64,000 bases of DNA, taken from positions 1-64,000 of the IMG/VR virus record IMGVR_UViG_3300009034_000016; one strand, given 5' to 3'. Positions 47,867 to 57,640 of this stretch are shown one piece after another; position 1 is the stretch's first letter, and every line of letters begins with the position of its first letter. Position numbers and translations under genes: made by a program. Origin of the DNA: a virus. The notes below the pieces were generated by a model. It was not told the DNA's origin and made no database searches. It saw nothing but the letters and a program-made list of their open reading frames with translations.

Positions 47867-50056
47867 ATGATTAATCAGCGCATTCGATTGGTAGGGTTCA
47901 CCGGGATCCAGAGTGGGATGGGCTTAGAGGAAATAGATGTAGACCTCCGGGGCCTCAGAGGATTAGTTGCTATCTGTGGGGACAACGGTGCGGGTAAGTC
48001 TACCTTCTTAGAGTGTCTGCAACCATTCCGGCAGATGATTAGCCGGGAAGGGGGTTTGAAAGATCATACTTATTTGAGCCAGTCTGTCAAGGAACTCTGG
48101 TTTAGCATGGACGGAATCGATTATCACTCAACGGTGCTTGTTAATCCGCAGAAAGAGAAAAGCACGGGAACGCTATTGCCCGGGACTAATAGCGGGCTGG
48201 TTAGTGATTACGATACCGAACTCAGAAAGCTGATAGGTTCCCCCACTATGTTCATGAACTCGGTATTCGCTGGACAAAAGAGTAAAAGGTTTACCGAGTT
48301 GACTCAGGGTAATCGAAAGGAACTCTTCATTGAATTTCTCGGCCTGGATCGGTTAATAAATTACTGTCAGATCTCCCGGGGCTGCGAGAAGTTAATTAAG
48401 GTCAAGCGGATGGGGGTGGAGGAGGAAATCCGCAGGCTTCGGGATAAAGTAGGGGACTTAGACGACCTGAGACAAAGGGTAAAAGCAAAGGAGGGGGACC
48501 TCGAGACATTCAGACAGTACCTCGCTCAACTGAGCAAGCAACTTACCGAAGCAAAAGGTCAGCACAATATCCTGGAAGCTCAGGCGATAGAGGTGGTTAA
48601 AAAGAGGGGAGAGATCGAGGCCCTGAAAGCGAAGATAAATGGCAAGGAGAGCGAGATCCGGGCGGAAGTAACTGGGAACTTAAATAGGCTGGAAACGCAT
48701 AAACGAGGACTTGAGAGGGAGGTTGAAAGTGCGGATAGAGACATAGCCGATGCGAAGGCTAAAATCTCCAGAGCTGAGGGGCAGCTTGACTCAATAGCAG
48801 AGATAGCATCAATAGAGCCCTGGGCCATCGAGAAGATGAAAGCCGAACTAAAGCTCATAGACAATAAAGTAAAGCAACTGAATCAAGTCGAGAAAAGATA
48901 TGCTGGTGTGGATGCTACCATTAAGGCGAAGGTGGGGGAGGTTAAGAGACTCGAGGGCCGGCCAGCGGACTGCAAAATCAATGATTGTGTATTTATTTCC
49001 GGGGCTCTTAAGGCTAAAGAAGACCTTGAGTCGTCAAGGCAGATGATGATAGGGTTGGAAAGGGAGCTTATAGCCCTACCGGAACTAAATGAGAAAAAGG
49101 ACTTACTTTCAGATAAGCTGTCAACCCTGGCGGAGAACCAGCAAAAGATTGCCGACCGGGAACATCTTAAGCAGAGAATAAAAGAGAATGAGAGGATTCT
49201 GGCCGTTAAGGGAAATAAATCGGGAGAACTTCACGAAGAGATTGAGAAGACCTCGGCGTCAATCCAATCCTTAAGTGTCCAGTCTGCCCTTGATAGGAGC
49301 CAGGAACTTAAGGATCTGTCCCTGGAGTTGAACAAGGCCGAGGAGTCGATCGATGAAGATGTTGTGTTCCAAAGGGATAAATTAAAAACCGAAATAGAGG
49401 GGATACAGAATACCGTCAACGAGACAGGGGAGAAAATTGCACAGGTGGATGCTAATCTAAATTCACTTAAGAACGAAATAGCTGAGGCCGAGAAATCTCA
49501 GGAGGAAATTAAGTCGCTGTCGGAGAGGGTTAAATTTCTGGAATCCGAGCAATCGGATTGGATATTTCTGGGAAGGATCTGTGGGAAAGACAACCTACAA
49601 GCACTTGAGATAGATGCCGTGGCTCCTACTGTCACGGGATATGCGAATAGCCTATTAAGTGCGTGTTATGGATCCCGGTTTAATATTACTTTTCAGACTG
49701 TCAACGAAAAAGGGAATGAAACTTTCGATGTAATTATAAATGATATTAAGCAGGAAAGGCCAGTTCTAATTGAAAATGTTTCCGGGGGGGAGGAAGTATG
49801 GATACTTAAAGCGTTACGGTTGGCTGTTACACTGATGATGAAATCAAGATCTGGTAGGCGGTTTCAAACTCTTTATTCAGATGAAGAGGATGGTGCTTTA
49901 AATCCCACAAAAAGAGAACCTTATGTTCAGATGTATCGAAAGGCAATGGAAATTGGTGGATTTGAGGTAGCTTATTTGATAACCCATTCCCCGGAAGTGA
50001 TTCAATTATGCGATTCAATAATGAGGTTTGGAGAGGGTGGTATTAGTAGAGAATAA
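47867..50056 (+). CDS. sbcC: SbcC/Rad50-like SMC ATPase
   Basis: Walker A GDNGAGKST, long coiled coil with central Cys pair, SGGE signature, DEEDGAL, ITH. Confidence 0.9.
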   Translation: MINQRIRLVGFTGIQSGMGLEEIDVDLRGLRGLVAICGDNGAGKSTFLECLQPFRQMISREGGLKDHTYLSQSVKELWFSMDGIDYHSTVLVNPQKEKSTGTLLPGTNSGLVSDYDTELRKLIGSPTMFMNSVFAGQKSKRFTELTQGNRKELFIEFLGLDRLINYCQISRGCEKLIKVKRMGVEEEIRRLRDKVGDLDDLRQRVKAKEGDLETFRQYLAQLSKQLTEAKGQHNILEAQAIEVVKKRGEIEALKAKINGKESEIRAEVTGNLNRLETHKRGLEREVESADRDIADAKAKISRAEGQLDSIAEIASIEPWAIEKMKAELKLIDNKVKQLNQVEKRYAGVDATIKAKVGEVKRLEGRPADCKINDCVFISGALKAKEDLESSRQMMIGLERELIALPELNEKKDLLSDKLSTLAENQQKIADREHLKQRIKENERILAVKGNKSGELHEEIEKTSASIQSLSVQSALDRSQELKDLSLELNKAEESIDEDVVFQRDKLKTEIEGIQNTVNETGEKIAQVDANLNSLKNEIAEAEKSQEEIKSLSERVKFLESEQSDWIFLGRICGKDNLQALEIDAVAPTVTGYANSLLSACYGSRFNITFQTVNEKGNETFDVIINDIKQERPVLIENVSGGEEVWILKALRLAVTLMMKSRSGRRFQTLYSDEEDGALNPTKREPYVQMYRKAMEIGGFEVAYLITHSPEVIQLCDSIMRFGEGGISRE

Positions 50057-50061
50057 AGGGA

Positions 50062-50310
50062 TTATGCACACCGTGTGCATAAGTTATCCACAGAGTTATC
50101 AACAGGGTGTTGATAATTTATTTCGTGAATATTTATTTAAAATCTATCAACAGGGTTATCAACAACCACTGACTACTATATATGGTATTATATTTGAAAC
50201 TTAAATACAATAGATGGTATTTTTAAAATGAAACTTCATGTCTCTAAAAAAGTTATCCACAGCCCCTATAAAGATCCTAGTATAATAAGATCATAGATAT
50301 ATAGGAAGAT
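50062..50310. promoter_or_regulatory. oriC-like locus: eight DnaA boxes plus AT-rich / trio-like segment
   Basis: TTATGCACA 50062, TGTGCATAA 50074, TTATCCACA 50084 and 50253, TTATCAACA 50096 and 50156, TGTTGATAA 50108, CTATCAACA 50144. Confidence 0.8.
50173..50220. promoter_or_regulatory. Tandem NrdR-box-like sites
   Basis: CTACTATATATGGTAT (50173) and ATACAATAGATGGTAT (50205), 32 bp apart; consensus acaCwAtATaTwGtgt. Confidence 0.6.
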
Positions 50311-50343
50311 TATAGCTGTAAGGGGGTTGTAGGGGGGGGATAG

Positions 50344-51003
50344 ATGGAAGAAGATAATCGGTATTATGATATTCCGATCTATTTACTTGATGTGATAAAA
50401 AAATTAGCCCCAATAAAAGTCGCGGTCCTAATATATTGCGCTGAAATTATTTATGGATTGGGAGCTAAAAGGGTTTTTATAGACCAAGTCGTTATGCAAT
50501 TAGGAATTAAGAAAAAAGAGGCGGAGGTGGTTTTAAATAAATTAGTTAGAATGGGGGTAATGATTAAAGAGGGAGAGTGTTATAGTTTTATTAATATAGA
50601 AAAACTAAGGAATATATCACGAGGCTGGGAAAAATATAAAACGAAAGTTATAAATCCATCAGAACATAAAACCGAAACTATAACGATCACAGAAGAAGAG
50701 AAAAGAATACTTAAAGTCCTCTGTGAAATAAAAGGATTCCCAAGAGGGTATAAAGAGGATGTAATAACAATAAAACTTATAAGGGCCTTAGAAGAGGAAT
50801 TTCCAATAGTTGACCCCGAGGAATTGGTAAAGAATTGGGTTGTGTATAAACAAGATCAACCATTTAAAAAAAGATCATCACCTCGAGCGCAGTTAAGAAA
50901 CCAGTTTAAAATGGCGTCGCAGCGGGGGATGTTCCTTAAGTCGCCGGGACTAAAAGGGGAAGGGAGAAAATATGCAGGAAAAGTCGCTCGGTATAAAGGA
51001 TAA
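50344..51003 (+). CDS. Putative replication initiator (winged HTH plus C-terminal helical domain)
   Basis: N-terminal wHTH pattern (VLNKLVRMGVM); lies between the origin-like locus and the loader ATPase. Confidence 0.6.
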   Translation: MEEDNRYYDIPIYLLDVIKKLAPIKVAVLIYCAEIIYGLGAKRVFIDQVVMQLGIKKKEAEVVLNKLVRMGVMIKEGECYSFINIEKLRNISRGWEKYKTKVINPSEHKTETITITEEEKRILKVLCEIKGFPRGYKEDVITIKLIRALEEEFPIVDPEELVKNWVVYKQDQPFKKRSSPRAQLRNQFKMASQRGMFLKSPGLKGEGRKYAGKVARYKG

Positions 51004-51634
51004 CCCTCGATGCCAACTATGTGGTGATACAGGGATTGAGTATATAGGGGAACGTGCAGTCCGTGTATGTCAATGTGTCCTGGAAAATAAAATTAAAAAG
51101 GCTGTTGGGGAGACATTTGTCAAGAAGGGATTTAAAGAATACATTCCTAAGAATGAAAGCCAAGTAAGGGCGTTAGGGGCATTTAAGAGAAACCTGGAAG
51201 GGAGTTTTTATTTATATGGTGACTTTGGGAGTGGAAAGACACACCTACTGTCCGCACAGTACTCGGCTATGGTTAGGGATAGGTCAAAAAAGGAAATGGT
51301 GTTTATGACGGACATAGAGTATGTAAACAGCGTGCGTCAGAAAGACCCGTTAATAAAAATAGAGGACATAAAAAAGGCGAAGGACGGGATCCATTTATTT
51401 TTTAAAGACTTTGGGAAGACGACCCCAACTGCCTGGGCCCTCGAGGAATTATTTAATATCATTGATGCTATCTATAGCAGGCAAGGAGAAGGGGAAAAAT
51501 TCGGGATCTCAATAGCAAGTAACTCCGAGCTATCCGTAATCGCCGACCGCTACGATATAGAGGGGACGGCGCTGGGTGGGGCGATAGCTAGGCGTATTGA
51601 GGATATGTGTGAGGTGTATAAAATTAACAATTAA
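50972..51634 (+). CDS. DnaC/IstB-like AAA+ helicase loader
   Basis: CQLCGDTG..CQC, Walker A GDFGSGKT, IASN, IARRI; Walker B is atypical (LFFKDFG). Confidence 0.82.
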   Translation: MQEKSLGIKDNPRCQLCGDTGIEYIGERAVRVCQCVLENKIKKAVGETFVKKGFKEYIPKNESQVRALGAFKRNLEGSFYLYGDFGSGKTHLLSAQYSAMVRDRSKKEMVFMTDIEYVNSVRQKDPLIKIEDIKKAKDGIHLFFKDFGKTTPTAWALEELFNIIDAIYSRQGEGEKFGISIASNSELSVIADRYDIEGTALGGAIARRIEDMCEVYKINN

Positions 51635-51657
51635 TAGGAAAAGGGAGGACAATAGGG

Positions 51658-51849
51658 ATGAAATGCTGTAATCTAAAGGAAGTTGACATCGTGAGGAACG
51701 GAGCAGGGCAGATAATGAAGGTAGAGGAGAACTTCAAGGATTGCCTAGAGAAGAAGTGTAATAGTTGGAATCCTAATAGGGGAGAATGTGCAACATGTAA
51801 TAGCACGGGGAGAAGAGATGGAATTCATATGGTTGTAGAAACCAAATAA
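51658..51849 (+). CDS. Small Cys-rich protein
   Basis: FKDCLEKKCNSW..C; GGAGG RBS. Confidence 0.55.
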   Translation: MKCCNLKEVDIVRNGAGQIMKVEENFKDCLEKKCNSWNPNRGECATCNSTGRRDGIHMVVETK

Positions 51850-51877
51850 GAGCAATAGGGAACTAACGGGATGTTTC

Positions 51878-51920
51878 AAGACGTCCAGTGAGAATCCGGC
51901 CACCGAGGTTTGAAAGGAGG
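51878..51920 (+). repeat. Junction repeat family 2, copy A
   Basis: AGACG..GAATCCGGCCACCGAGGTTTGAAAGGAGG. Confidence 0.75.
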
Positions 51921-51931
51921 AAAGTTATAAT

Positions 51932-52186
51932 ATGGGAATACAAGCTTATTCGACAACGGGAAAAAGAATTGTAAGAAAGAGTGGAACCGTATCTTTTTAT
52001 GGGAAGAAATATTTTGCGTCTTTTCTAATATCAAGGATAGGACAGGAAGTTTTTATTAGAGATTATGGGGACGAGATATACGCCACTGATTCAAACGGAT
52101 TTTGTGCATCTATACAAGAATGGAAACCAAAAGTTGCTGCAAGAAAAGAGACGAGCCGGAATCCGGCAACTGGTCGGTTAAACTAA
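51932..52186 (+). CDS. Stand-alone Mu-transposase C-terminal-like domain
   Basis: RIVRKSGTVSFYGKKY..LISRIGQEVFIR pattern. Confidence 0.5.
   Translation: MGIQAYSTTGKRIVRKSGTVSFYGKKYFASFLISRIGQEVFIRDYGDEIYATDSNGFCASIQEWKPKVAARKETSRNPATGRLN
52148..52173 (+). repeat. Junction repeat family 2, copy B
   Basis: GAGACGAGCCGGAATCCGGCAACTGG (encodes ETSRNPATG). Confidence 0.8.
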
Positions 52187-52205
52187 CAAGAAGAGGAGGA
52201 TTGTT

Positions 52206-53261
52206 ATGATATGTCCAAAATGCGGTAGGTTAATCATTAAACCCGAACATAACTTAACCGACGAGGGAAAGTGTACGAACTGCGGGGAGTTATTGATGAC
52301 CCCAGAACAGCTTAAGGAGTTTGCTACGGATGAGGAAATGAGTAAGCTCAAGGTGTACTCTAAGTCGAAGGACGGGGGTGTTGGGAAAGAGTTATCGCTT
52401 ATCACCTACGCCGATATAAGACCCCCAAAGAACAAAAAAGAGGCTACGGACTTAAGTAGAAAACTGATCCAGATCAAGGAGGGTATAGACGCGAGCTATT
52501 TTACAATGGGAGCAATCCTTCAGGTATTCTACGATGAGGAATCATTTAAGCTGCTTGGGCACAATACCTTCCGGGAGTATGTTGACAGCATGCTTGGATT
52601 TGGGTGGCGCAAGGCGATGTATCTGATAGGGATCGCGGAGGCTTTCGGGGAGAAGGGATTGGTCCTCAGCGAGAAGCAGAAAGCCGGGATTGAATGGTCA
52701 AAAATGCGAGAGTTGGCCGCTCTTTTTAAGAAAGGAATACTTAATCAGGAAAACCTTAACGAATGGCTTGGACTCGCAAAAACTCTTGGAACTCGGGAGT
52801 TAATCGAAAAGGTCAAGGAAGCGAAAGGATCGGCACCTACACCAGAAGAAGATAAGATGGTAGGCTTTATGATAAAACTCTTCCCCGGTCAGGTCAAGAT
52901 CGTTAACCAGGCGATGGAGCAGGCTGCGCAACTAACCGGCTGGGAAGTTAAGGGGGGTAACCTCGAAATGATCTGTGCGGAGTTCCTGGGGGGCCTTCAG
53001 GAACCGGTGGCGAGGTTAAATAAACTTATTGAGAGCATAGAGAGGGCCTATAAGGTAAAGATCGTCTATGAATCGGTAGAAGTAAAAACGACAGGGGAGC
53101 CGGCCCCGGGGAAAGCCAAGGGGAAGAAGGACAATCCCGATAATAATGGTAAGCCCAGTAATAAGGAGGGCAGCCCCAGCAAGGGAAAGGCTAACCCTGG
53201 CAAGGGTAGCAAAAAGGAATCCGGCAAAGAAGAGGATAACGGCCTCCCTTATGAGGAGTAA
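52206..53261 (+). CDS. Zinc-ribbon plus helical DNA-binding-like protein
   Basis: CPKC..CTNC; GHNTFREYV..GWRKAMYLI. Confidence 0.55.
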   Translation: MICPKCGRLIIKPEHNLTDEGKCTNCGELLMTPEQLKEFATDEEMSKLKVYSKSKDGGVGKELSLITYADIRPPKNKKEATDLSRKLIQIKEGIDASYFTMGAILQVFYDEESFKLLGHNTFREYVDSMLGFGWRKAMYLIGIAEAFGEKGLVLSEKQKAGIEWSKMRELAALFKKGILNQENLNEWLGLAKTLGTRELIEKVKEAKGSAPTPEEDKMVGFMIKLFPGQVKIVNQAMEQAAQLTGWEVKGGNLEMICAEFLGGLQEPVARLNKLIESIERAYKVKIVYESVEVKTTGEPAPGKAKGKKDNPDNNGKPSNKEGSPSKGKANPGKGSKKESGKEEDNGLPYEE

Positions 53262-53436
53262 ATGGGGGAATACATCCTTTATCGGAATAAACGTCTCTAT
53301 GGAGGTAAAATGGAACTCTGGGGCACTATTTTGAACTCCTCAAGGAAATCTTAGAATGGCTAACGACAAAACTCGACCAGAGGACTATCAATCGGAACTC
53401 GGGCAGGATCCCGGACAACTAAGGAGGAATTAAATT

Positions 53437-54255
53437 ATGGCGAAGAAGGGAGAAAGCTATCCAAATTGTCTCGGAGGCTATGAGCCATTCGAGACTAACA
53501 AAGACCCGGAGTGTGACGGGGGGGAACGTAAAGTCGGGGAAAAGTTAAAGACAGAACCAGCCTGTCTATGGCATGACCGATGTATAGCCGTGCAGACGGT
53601 ATCACAGGTCAGGGGGGTGACCCCCGAGACCTTATTGAAGCAGATGTCAGTTGGTAAGATAATGGAAATGTATCAGAACGAGGCTCAAAAAGTAATGGAA
53701 GAAGAAATAGCTGGGACTGAGTCTCAGGTTCCCCCTGATGTGGAGGAGCACCTCGATTTACCAGGGCAGTATATCAACTTCAAGCTCGGAACAAATAAGG
53801 CCAGGAAATTTGTAGCGGAATTACAGGACTTCTATGAAGCGATACAAAACTTTATGGTCAAGCTACAGGACCTTACAGATAAGGTCAATCAGGCATTAGG
53901 GCAACCGATTAAGAAGTTGCATGCCGAGGTACGGAAATCCAAAGCACCTAGGAGAGCCAAACCTATTGCTGGACTAATGGCCCGGGAAGAGGCGGATGTC
54001 GCTAAGATTGCCAGGAAGATGCGTATGCCGTGGTATCAGGCGAATAGCAAGGGGGGGTACGTGGTAATTCAGGAAGGGAAAATTCTCAGGATACCGAAAA
54101 ACTGTGAGAATCCTTTCAGGAATAGCTCGGCATGGGGATTGGTCTTCAGGTCATATCAAACGGGGGGAACACTGTCCGAAATAATAAGCCGAGCCAGGGA
54201 ACGTCTGAGAAAGGTTCGCAGGCTCAGAGCTTCGGATAGTAAGTTAAGGAGATAA
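53437..54255 (+). CDS. Hypothetical protein with Cys-rich N-terminus
   Basis: AAGGAGG RBS; 272-aa ORF. Confidence 0.6.
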   Translation: MAKKGESYPNCLGGYEPFETNKDPECDGGERKVGEKLKTEPACLWHDRCIAVQTVSQVRGVTPETLLKQMSVGKIMEMYQNEAQKVMEEEIAGTESQVPPDVEEHLDLPGQYINFKLGTNKARKFVAELQDFYEAIQNFMVKLQDLTDKVNQALGQPIKKLHAEVRKSKAPRRAKPIAGLMAREEADVAKIARKMRMPWYQANSKGGYVVIQEGKILRIPKNCENPFRNSSAWGLVFRSYQTGGTLSEIISRARERLRKVRRLRASDSKLRR

Positions 54256-54433
54256 GGATTAGGCTCCCGGCGGCGAATATTAAACGAGCACCCGGCGTGA
54301 TTAACCAAGGCAAGGCGGGGAAATAATGGGCAGGTGCAACCTGTTGGCCGCAGGGCTCAGTGGGTTAGCCGGAAAACCCTAAGAGCGTGTTGGAAACAAT
54401 CACCTGCCCTGCCCTAAATTGGAAGGGAGTAAA

Positions 54434-57230
54434 ATGGATTTTCAAGAGGCGAAGTATATCACTTTATGGAAGCTGGCCCTAACCTACGGTGAGGGGGGCA
54501 AAGTGCCGGAGATATACCATTCAAGAACAGACCCCAGACGCCGGGAGCGGTTTTGGGTTGAGCAAATGGATATGGATGACAGTTCCCGGAGCTGTGCGTT
54601 TTGCCAAGTTGGCCTCAGCATCATCGCAAGTGGTATCGCAAATTATAAGGAAGTATCTCATAATGAGTGCGACTACTGCCCGATCGACGGTCTCTGCGAC
54701 GAGTGGAGACAACTGAACCGGGGCAAGCCACTCTACCACCGCTACCACAAGCAGGCTCTACGGCGAATATTTAATAAATTACTGGCATTACCAATGCCGA
54801 AGGAAATAAAATGAACATCTACTTTCTAACAGACGAACAGGCAAAGCGACTGGGGATAGAGGGTGTCGAATATATTAAATACAAACGATACTCTCCCGCT
54901 CCGGCTAATGTTATTGTTGACAATGTGATATGCACTGAGAGACGATTTGTGAGGATACTCGGAAGGACGGCATTGAGAATATTGAGGGAGGAGAAGTGAT
55001 GGAATATACTCAAGTAACTAACATGCCTGACAATTTTTATGTAGAGAAATGCTGCCCCAATGCCTTAATTAAACACGATAAAATATATAAATGTAATTAT
55101 GGTTTCGGAATACCTCGTTGGAATAAATGGCCTTCTGAACAGATTTTTTCTTGTAATAATTGTGGTAAGAAACTTCAAACCCTAACCCACCCGGAGGCGA
55201 CATGAAAGAACCTAAGACAAAAAATAAAGACCCCTTAAAATTAGAGTTAAAGAAAGGTGAAAACTTAGCAAGGGAATTGGTATTGCATCTCAATAGAATG
55301 GGAGCGGGGAAAGCTAAGATACCAGTGAAATTGAGCGGAAGAGAATATGTAATTGAGATAAAAACAAAGGAGTAAGCTATGCCGGTATTAACAACTTATT
55401 ATGAGGTGTTCTGTTCGTGTGGTAAGGGGTTATGTAAAGACCTCAGAGCTGCGGAAGAAGATGGAATAATGAAAATCATTATTGAGCCCTGTCCTGATTG
55501 TTTAGAAAAAGCAAAAGGGATAGATTATATGAGGGAATTGCAAGCTATTTATGATAGCGAGATTAATTTCCAGATAAACTGTTTTTGGGATGGGGGCTGG
55601 GAGGTAGCAATCGGAGACGAGATGAACGGATGGAAAATAAAGCATTCGGAAGAAACTCTTGAGGGAGCTATCAAATGGCTGATAAAAGCGGTGTGTGGTT
55701 GGTATCCCAATAGTGGATATGCAAAGAGGAAAGAGGATGCTCAAAAGTAGAGGAACTAAAGGAGATTGAGGTATGAGTGATAAAAATGAATATATGCAAT
55801 GTAACTTTCAAAAGACTTTCAAAGACGGTAGTGTTGGTTGTAGGTTAAAGATAGAAATTATACAGGGGCAAATAGGATTTCAGTTTTGTGATGAAGAAAA
55901 GTGTCGATTGGCGGGAATAGAATCTGATGTAAAAGATATTTATAAATTATTAATGGATGAATATAAGATTGATGTTTTAAATAGAGATAATTTAAGGGAA
56001 AAACATGGTCTAAAAAAGAGAAAACAACCATGACACCCACCGAAGTTAAGGAGATTAAGGTATGAATTTTGAGACTGAATTTCTAAAGTTTATAGAGAGG
56101 GAACCGAAGCCCAAAACAAGAATATTTTCTGTAATGACTAAAGATGAAAGTTGTGAGCTTGGGAAAATAAAGTGGTATCCGGCGTGGAGGCATTATTGCT
56201 TTTTCCCGACCGTAGAGACTGAGACAGTTCATTCAGATAGGTGCTTATTACAAATATCAAATTTTGTTAAACGATTAAATGATGAACACAAAAGGAGTCA
56301 CCATGACAACCACTGAAGTAAAGCAAGCCCATGATAGGATTTGGGCTGTTAGGGAGAAGATAGGATTATGGAATATAGAGATAGGTGGTAAAGCTGTGTT
56401 AAGGATAAGGATTAGATACGATATACCCTTTGCGAATACTGAGAACTTTGAAACCACTGAACAAGTCAACCAATTCCTAAAGGAGCTGGAATGAAATATG
56501 CTAAGTGTTGCGGGGAATGTATTATGAATCATGAATGTTTGTTTCAAGACAACAACGATGTAGAAAGTTGTAGTGATTTTCAGTCCCTTGATAATGATGA
56601 ATTGGAGGATGAATAAATGAAAGAATCTGAAGTCTGGCCGTTAGCTACTGAGATTTGGGAGAAGCGGGAGAAGATAGGGCTAATTGACATAAATGAAAGA
56701 ATGATTAATCCAGATAATGAAAAATTAGGATGGGGGATTTGTATCGAGGGGACAAAAATTAAAGAAGATTATGGAACTAAATGTTTTGAAACCCTAATTG
56801 AAGTCCGCCGCTTTCTGGACGGGCTGGAACAGGAGGAGTTATGAAATTCGACCTACCAATCAAAGTTTATCTTGACGGTGATATGTGGTGTGCTCTATTA
56901 GGTAAGGACTTACAAGAAGGGCTTGCGGGATTTGGTAAAACACCTAAAAGGGCTCTCAAAGTTCTTTGTGAAACATTAACCGAGAATTTCTTAAATCTGC
57001 CAACGAGTTTAATAAGCGAAATTGATTTTAGCAAGGGAGAGAAAGTTAAGCCCGTATTATATTTGTCGGGTAGCGAGAAGGGAACTTCCGGTATCATGCG
57101 TCAGACAGACAAGGCCTTACGAAATGCAGGAATGAAAGACAAGGCAGATAAGTTTATATTAGAGGCAAGGAAATCTATATCTTATGATAAATTGCTTCAT
57201 CTTTGTGAGGAATATGTAACGATTAAATAA
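54434..57230 (+). other. Run of small co-oriented hypothetical genes (54434-54814, 54811-54999, 54999-55205, 55379-55750, 55773-56033, 56062-56316, 56303-56494, 56617-56844, 56841-57230)
   Basis: Tightly packed ORFs with GGAG RBSs and ATGA overlaps; several are paralogous. Confidence 0.6.
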
Positions 57231-57385
57231 AGGACACCCCATGCCCTGCACCGAGTGTGAATACTATCGAATCTATTATGAACCCTTAGAGTATGGGGGC
57301 GCTCCCTGTTGGAAGGAGGAGCCCGATTGTCGGTTAGGGAGAGAGGAGGGGGAGTGCGAGTTGATAACAGAAGAGGAGGAAGAAA

Positions 57386-57640
57386 ATGGTAGTTAAAACA
57401 CAATGGCTCAAATTTATAGAGAAAAAACCAAAGCCTAAAACAAGAGTATTTGCAGTTACACCTAAAGAAAATAATTGTGAACTCGGAGAGATAAAATGGT
57501 ATGGCCCCTGGAGACATTATTGTTTTTTCCCCACAACAGAAATAGAAACAGTTCATTCAGATAGGTGCCTATTAGAAATTTCAACATTCATAACAAGATT
57601 GAATAAAGAACATGCTGATACTAAAGAAGGAGGAAGGTGA
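57386..57640 (+). CDS. Hypothetical protein, paralog of 56062-56316
   Basis: Shared LKFIE..PKPKTR.F.V, CELG.IKWY..WRHYCFFPT, ETVHSDRCLL. Confidence 0.75.
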   Translation: MVVKTQWLKFIEKKPKPKTRVFAVTPKENNCELGEIKWYGPWRHYCFFPTTEIETVHSDRCLLEISTFITRLNKEHADTKEGGR

